Assembly: GCA_963730185.1 (NCBI GenBank)
Contig: CAVSQW010000008.1
Coordinates: 1-64,000 of the forward strand
DNA length: 64,000 bases
Direction of reading: 5' to 3'
DNA from: an uncultured Gemmatimonadales bacterium
Lineage (GTDB): Bacteria > Gemmatimonadota > Gemmatimonadetes > Gemmatimonadales > GWC2-71-9
Made by a program: the position numbers and the translations under genes. Under the pieces are notes generated by a model. It was given only the letters and a program-made list of their open reading frames with translations, did no database searches and was not told where the DNA came from. Positions 62,596 to 64,000 of this stretch are shown in pieces (positions within the stretch are counted from its first letter, which is position 1; every line of letters begins with the position of its first letter).

Positions 62596-63503
62596 CTATC
62601 CTCCTTCCAGGGAGCCCGCCGGCGCCACCGCCGCCGGATTGCCGGGCGGTCGGTGGGCCCGTTCCGGTCGGCGGATCGGTCCCAGGCTCTGAAGAAAGGG
62701 GCTCGCGGCCGGGGCGTAGGCCGGAAACGAAACCCGGGTATCGCGAAAACTCTTGAGCGGCTGGCCCAATCCCCGGAGGCCGATCTCGCGGCTCCGATGG
62801 ACCCGGTCGAGGTCGAGCTCCAGGGGAATGATCTCCTCGGAGGTGCCGGCTTGATGGAGCACGTCGCCCGCCGGGCCCACGATGATCGAGCGACCGTTGC
62901 CGAGGTCGCCGGCGCCGTTCACCTCGACCACGAAGCATTGGTTCATCGCGGCGGTCGCCCGGGCCATCGCCAGCTCGACGTCCCGATCGATCGTGGTGGT
63001 CAGCGCCGGATGCAGGATCACCTCGGCGCCGAGCGTGGCGAGGGAGCGCGAGTGTCTCGGGGAACCACATGTCGTAGCAGATCGAGATCCCGAAGCGACC
63101 GACCTCGGGCACGTCGAAGACGACGAACTCGTCCCCCGGCTCGGTCTCGGTCTCGTACGGCTGGAACGGGAAGATCTTCCGATACCGCCCCACGACCTCA
63201 CCGTCCGGATCGAAGACGCTGGCCGTGTTGTACACCTTGTCGCCGGCCTTCTCGAAGTGCGAGCCGTTGAGCAGCCAGATCCGGTGCTGGCGGGCCAGCT
63301 GGCGAAAGCTCTCCTCGGCTGGGCCCGGGCAGGGGCTCGGCGTGCCCGGCCCCCGGCCCGCACCCGGCCAGCTCGCTGAGCACCACCATCTCGACCCACG
63401 GGAAGACCTGCATCAGGTAGCTCAACCGCTCCCGGATGCGGGGCAGGTTACCGCCCCGGCCCGAGAGGGCCAGCTGCAGGCCGGCGATGGCGAACGGTCT
63501 CAT
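62596..63503 (-). CDS. Carbon-nitrogen hydrolase (nitrilase superfamily), frameshifted
   Basis: E-K-C triad contexts VVLSEL, YRKIFP, ISICYDMWFPE; GNGRSIIVGPAG. Confidence 0.88.
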
Positions 63504-63519
63504 GATCGGACTCCGCACT

Positions 63520-64000
63520 TCAATGGGCGGCAACCTTCGCCGCCGCCCGCCGTTCGGCGCGCGGCTCGGGGAAGGCCCGGAGAATCTCCTCTTCGACGAC
63601 GTCGAGCCCGCGACTCAGTTGGTCCGGCTCGATCACCAGGGGCGACAGCAGCCGGATCACGTTGCCGTGGGTTCCGGCGGCGATGATCAGGACCCCGCGG
63701 GCCACGCAGGCCTGAATGATGGCCGCCACTTGGGCGGTGGCGGGCTGGGCCGGGTCGCCGTCTTCCACCAGCTCGATCCCGATCATGGCGCCCAATCCTC
63801 TGACGTCGCCGAGGGCCGGACACCGCCGCTGAAGCGCCTCGAACCGGTCCCGGATCGTCTTCCCGATCGCGGCGCCCCGGGCGTTCAGGTCCTCCCGCTC
63901 CATCACCCCGATCGCCGCCAGCGCGGCCGCGCACGCCACCGGGTTACCCCCGTACGTTCCACCCACGGTGCCCGGCTTCACCCGGTCCATCACCTCCGCC
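63520..64000 (-). CDS. gabT: Class III aminotransferase, 4-aminobutyrate aminotransferase-like (partial, open at right edge)
   Basis: GGTYGGNPVACAAALA, GDVRGLGAMIGIELV, GTHGNVIRLLSPL. Confidence 0.82.
   Translation of the reverse strand, partial: AEVMDRVKPGTVGGTYGGNPVACAAALAAIGVMEREDLNARGAAIGKTIRDRFEALQRRCPALGDVRGLGAMIGIELVEDGDPAQPATAQVAAIIQACVARGVLIIAAGTHGNVIRLLSPLVIEPDQLSRGLDVVEEEILRAFPEPRAERRAAAKVAAH

Noticed and set aside
59400..63400. Programmed ribosomal frameshifting in the amine operon
   Set aside because: Shifts are numerous and irregular, with no consistent slippery sites; indel errors explain them better

Overview
Bacterial DNA, apparently an error-prone long-read or metagenomic contig with many single-base frameshifts concentrated in patches. 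It has two compositionally different halves joined at ~23,045, where pmbA breaks off and runs into the middle of a TPP-dependent (PoxB-like) gene. The left part (1-~23,045, moderately high GC, Acidobacteria/Bryobacteraceae-like content) holds sugar-acid catabolism genes (Tat-signal enolase-family dehydratase, MFS, two HpcH aldolases) interrupted by a Y1/HUH (RAYT-like) transposase flanked by inverted hairpin repeats that recur alone elsewhere. It also has a PQQ dehydrogenase with an internal heme-c domain, sodC, Tat-exported oxidoreductases, an in-frame DPP-IV peptidase/FAD-oxidoreductase fusion and tldD-pmbA. The right part (visibly higher GC, Gemmatimonadota-like content) holds a PoxB-like/enolase/FAD-FeS oxidase/ASRT operon, secreted peptidases and two PadR + ADOP-permease modules with palindromic operators. 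It also has large (GGGAGTA)n/(TACTCCC)n inverted heptamer arrays around ilvE-EamA, a NiCoT-type transporter, BNR/VPS10 proteins and a Cys-less Rrf2 with a perfect operator. It ends in a tightly coupled minus-strand operon (gabT-like aminotransferase, C-N hydrolase, Orn/Lys/Arg decarboxylase, ATP-grasp ligase, C45 Ntn-hydrolase, SSADH), my best candidate for an uncharacterised pathway. I recognised no rRNA, tRNA or CRISPR array. Taxonomic and family assignments come from motif recognition only; no database was searched.
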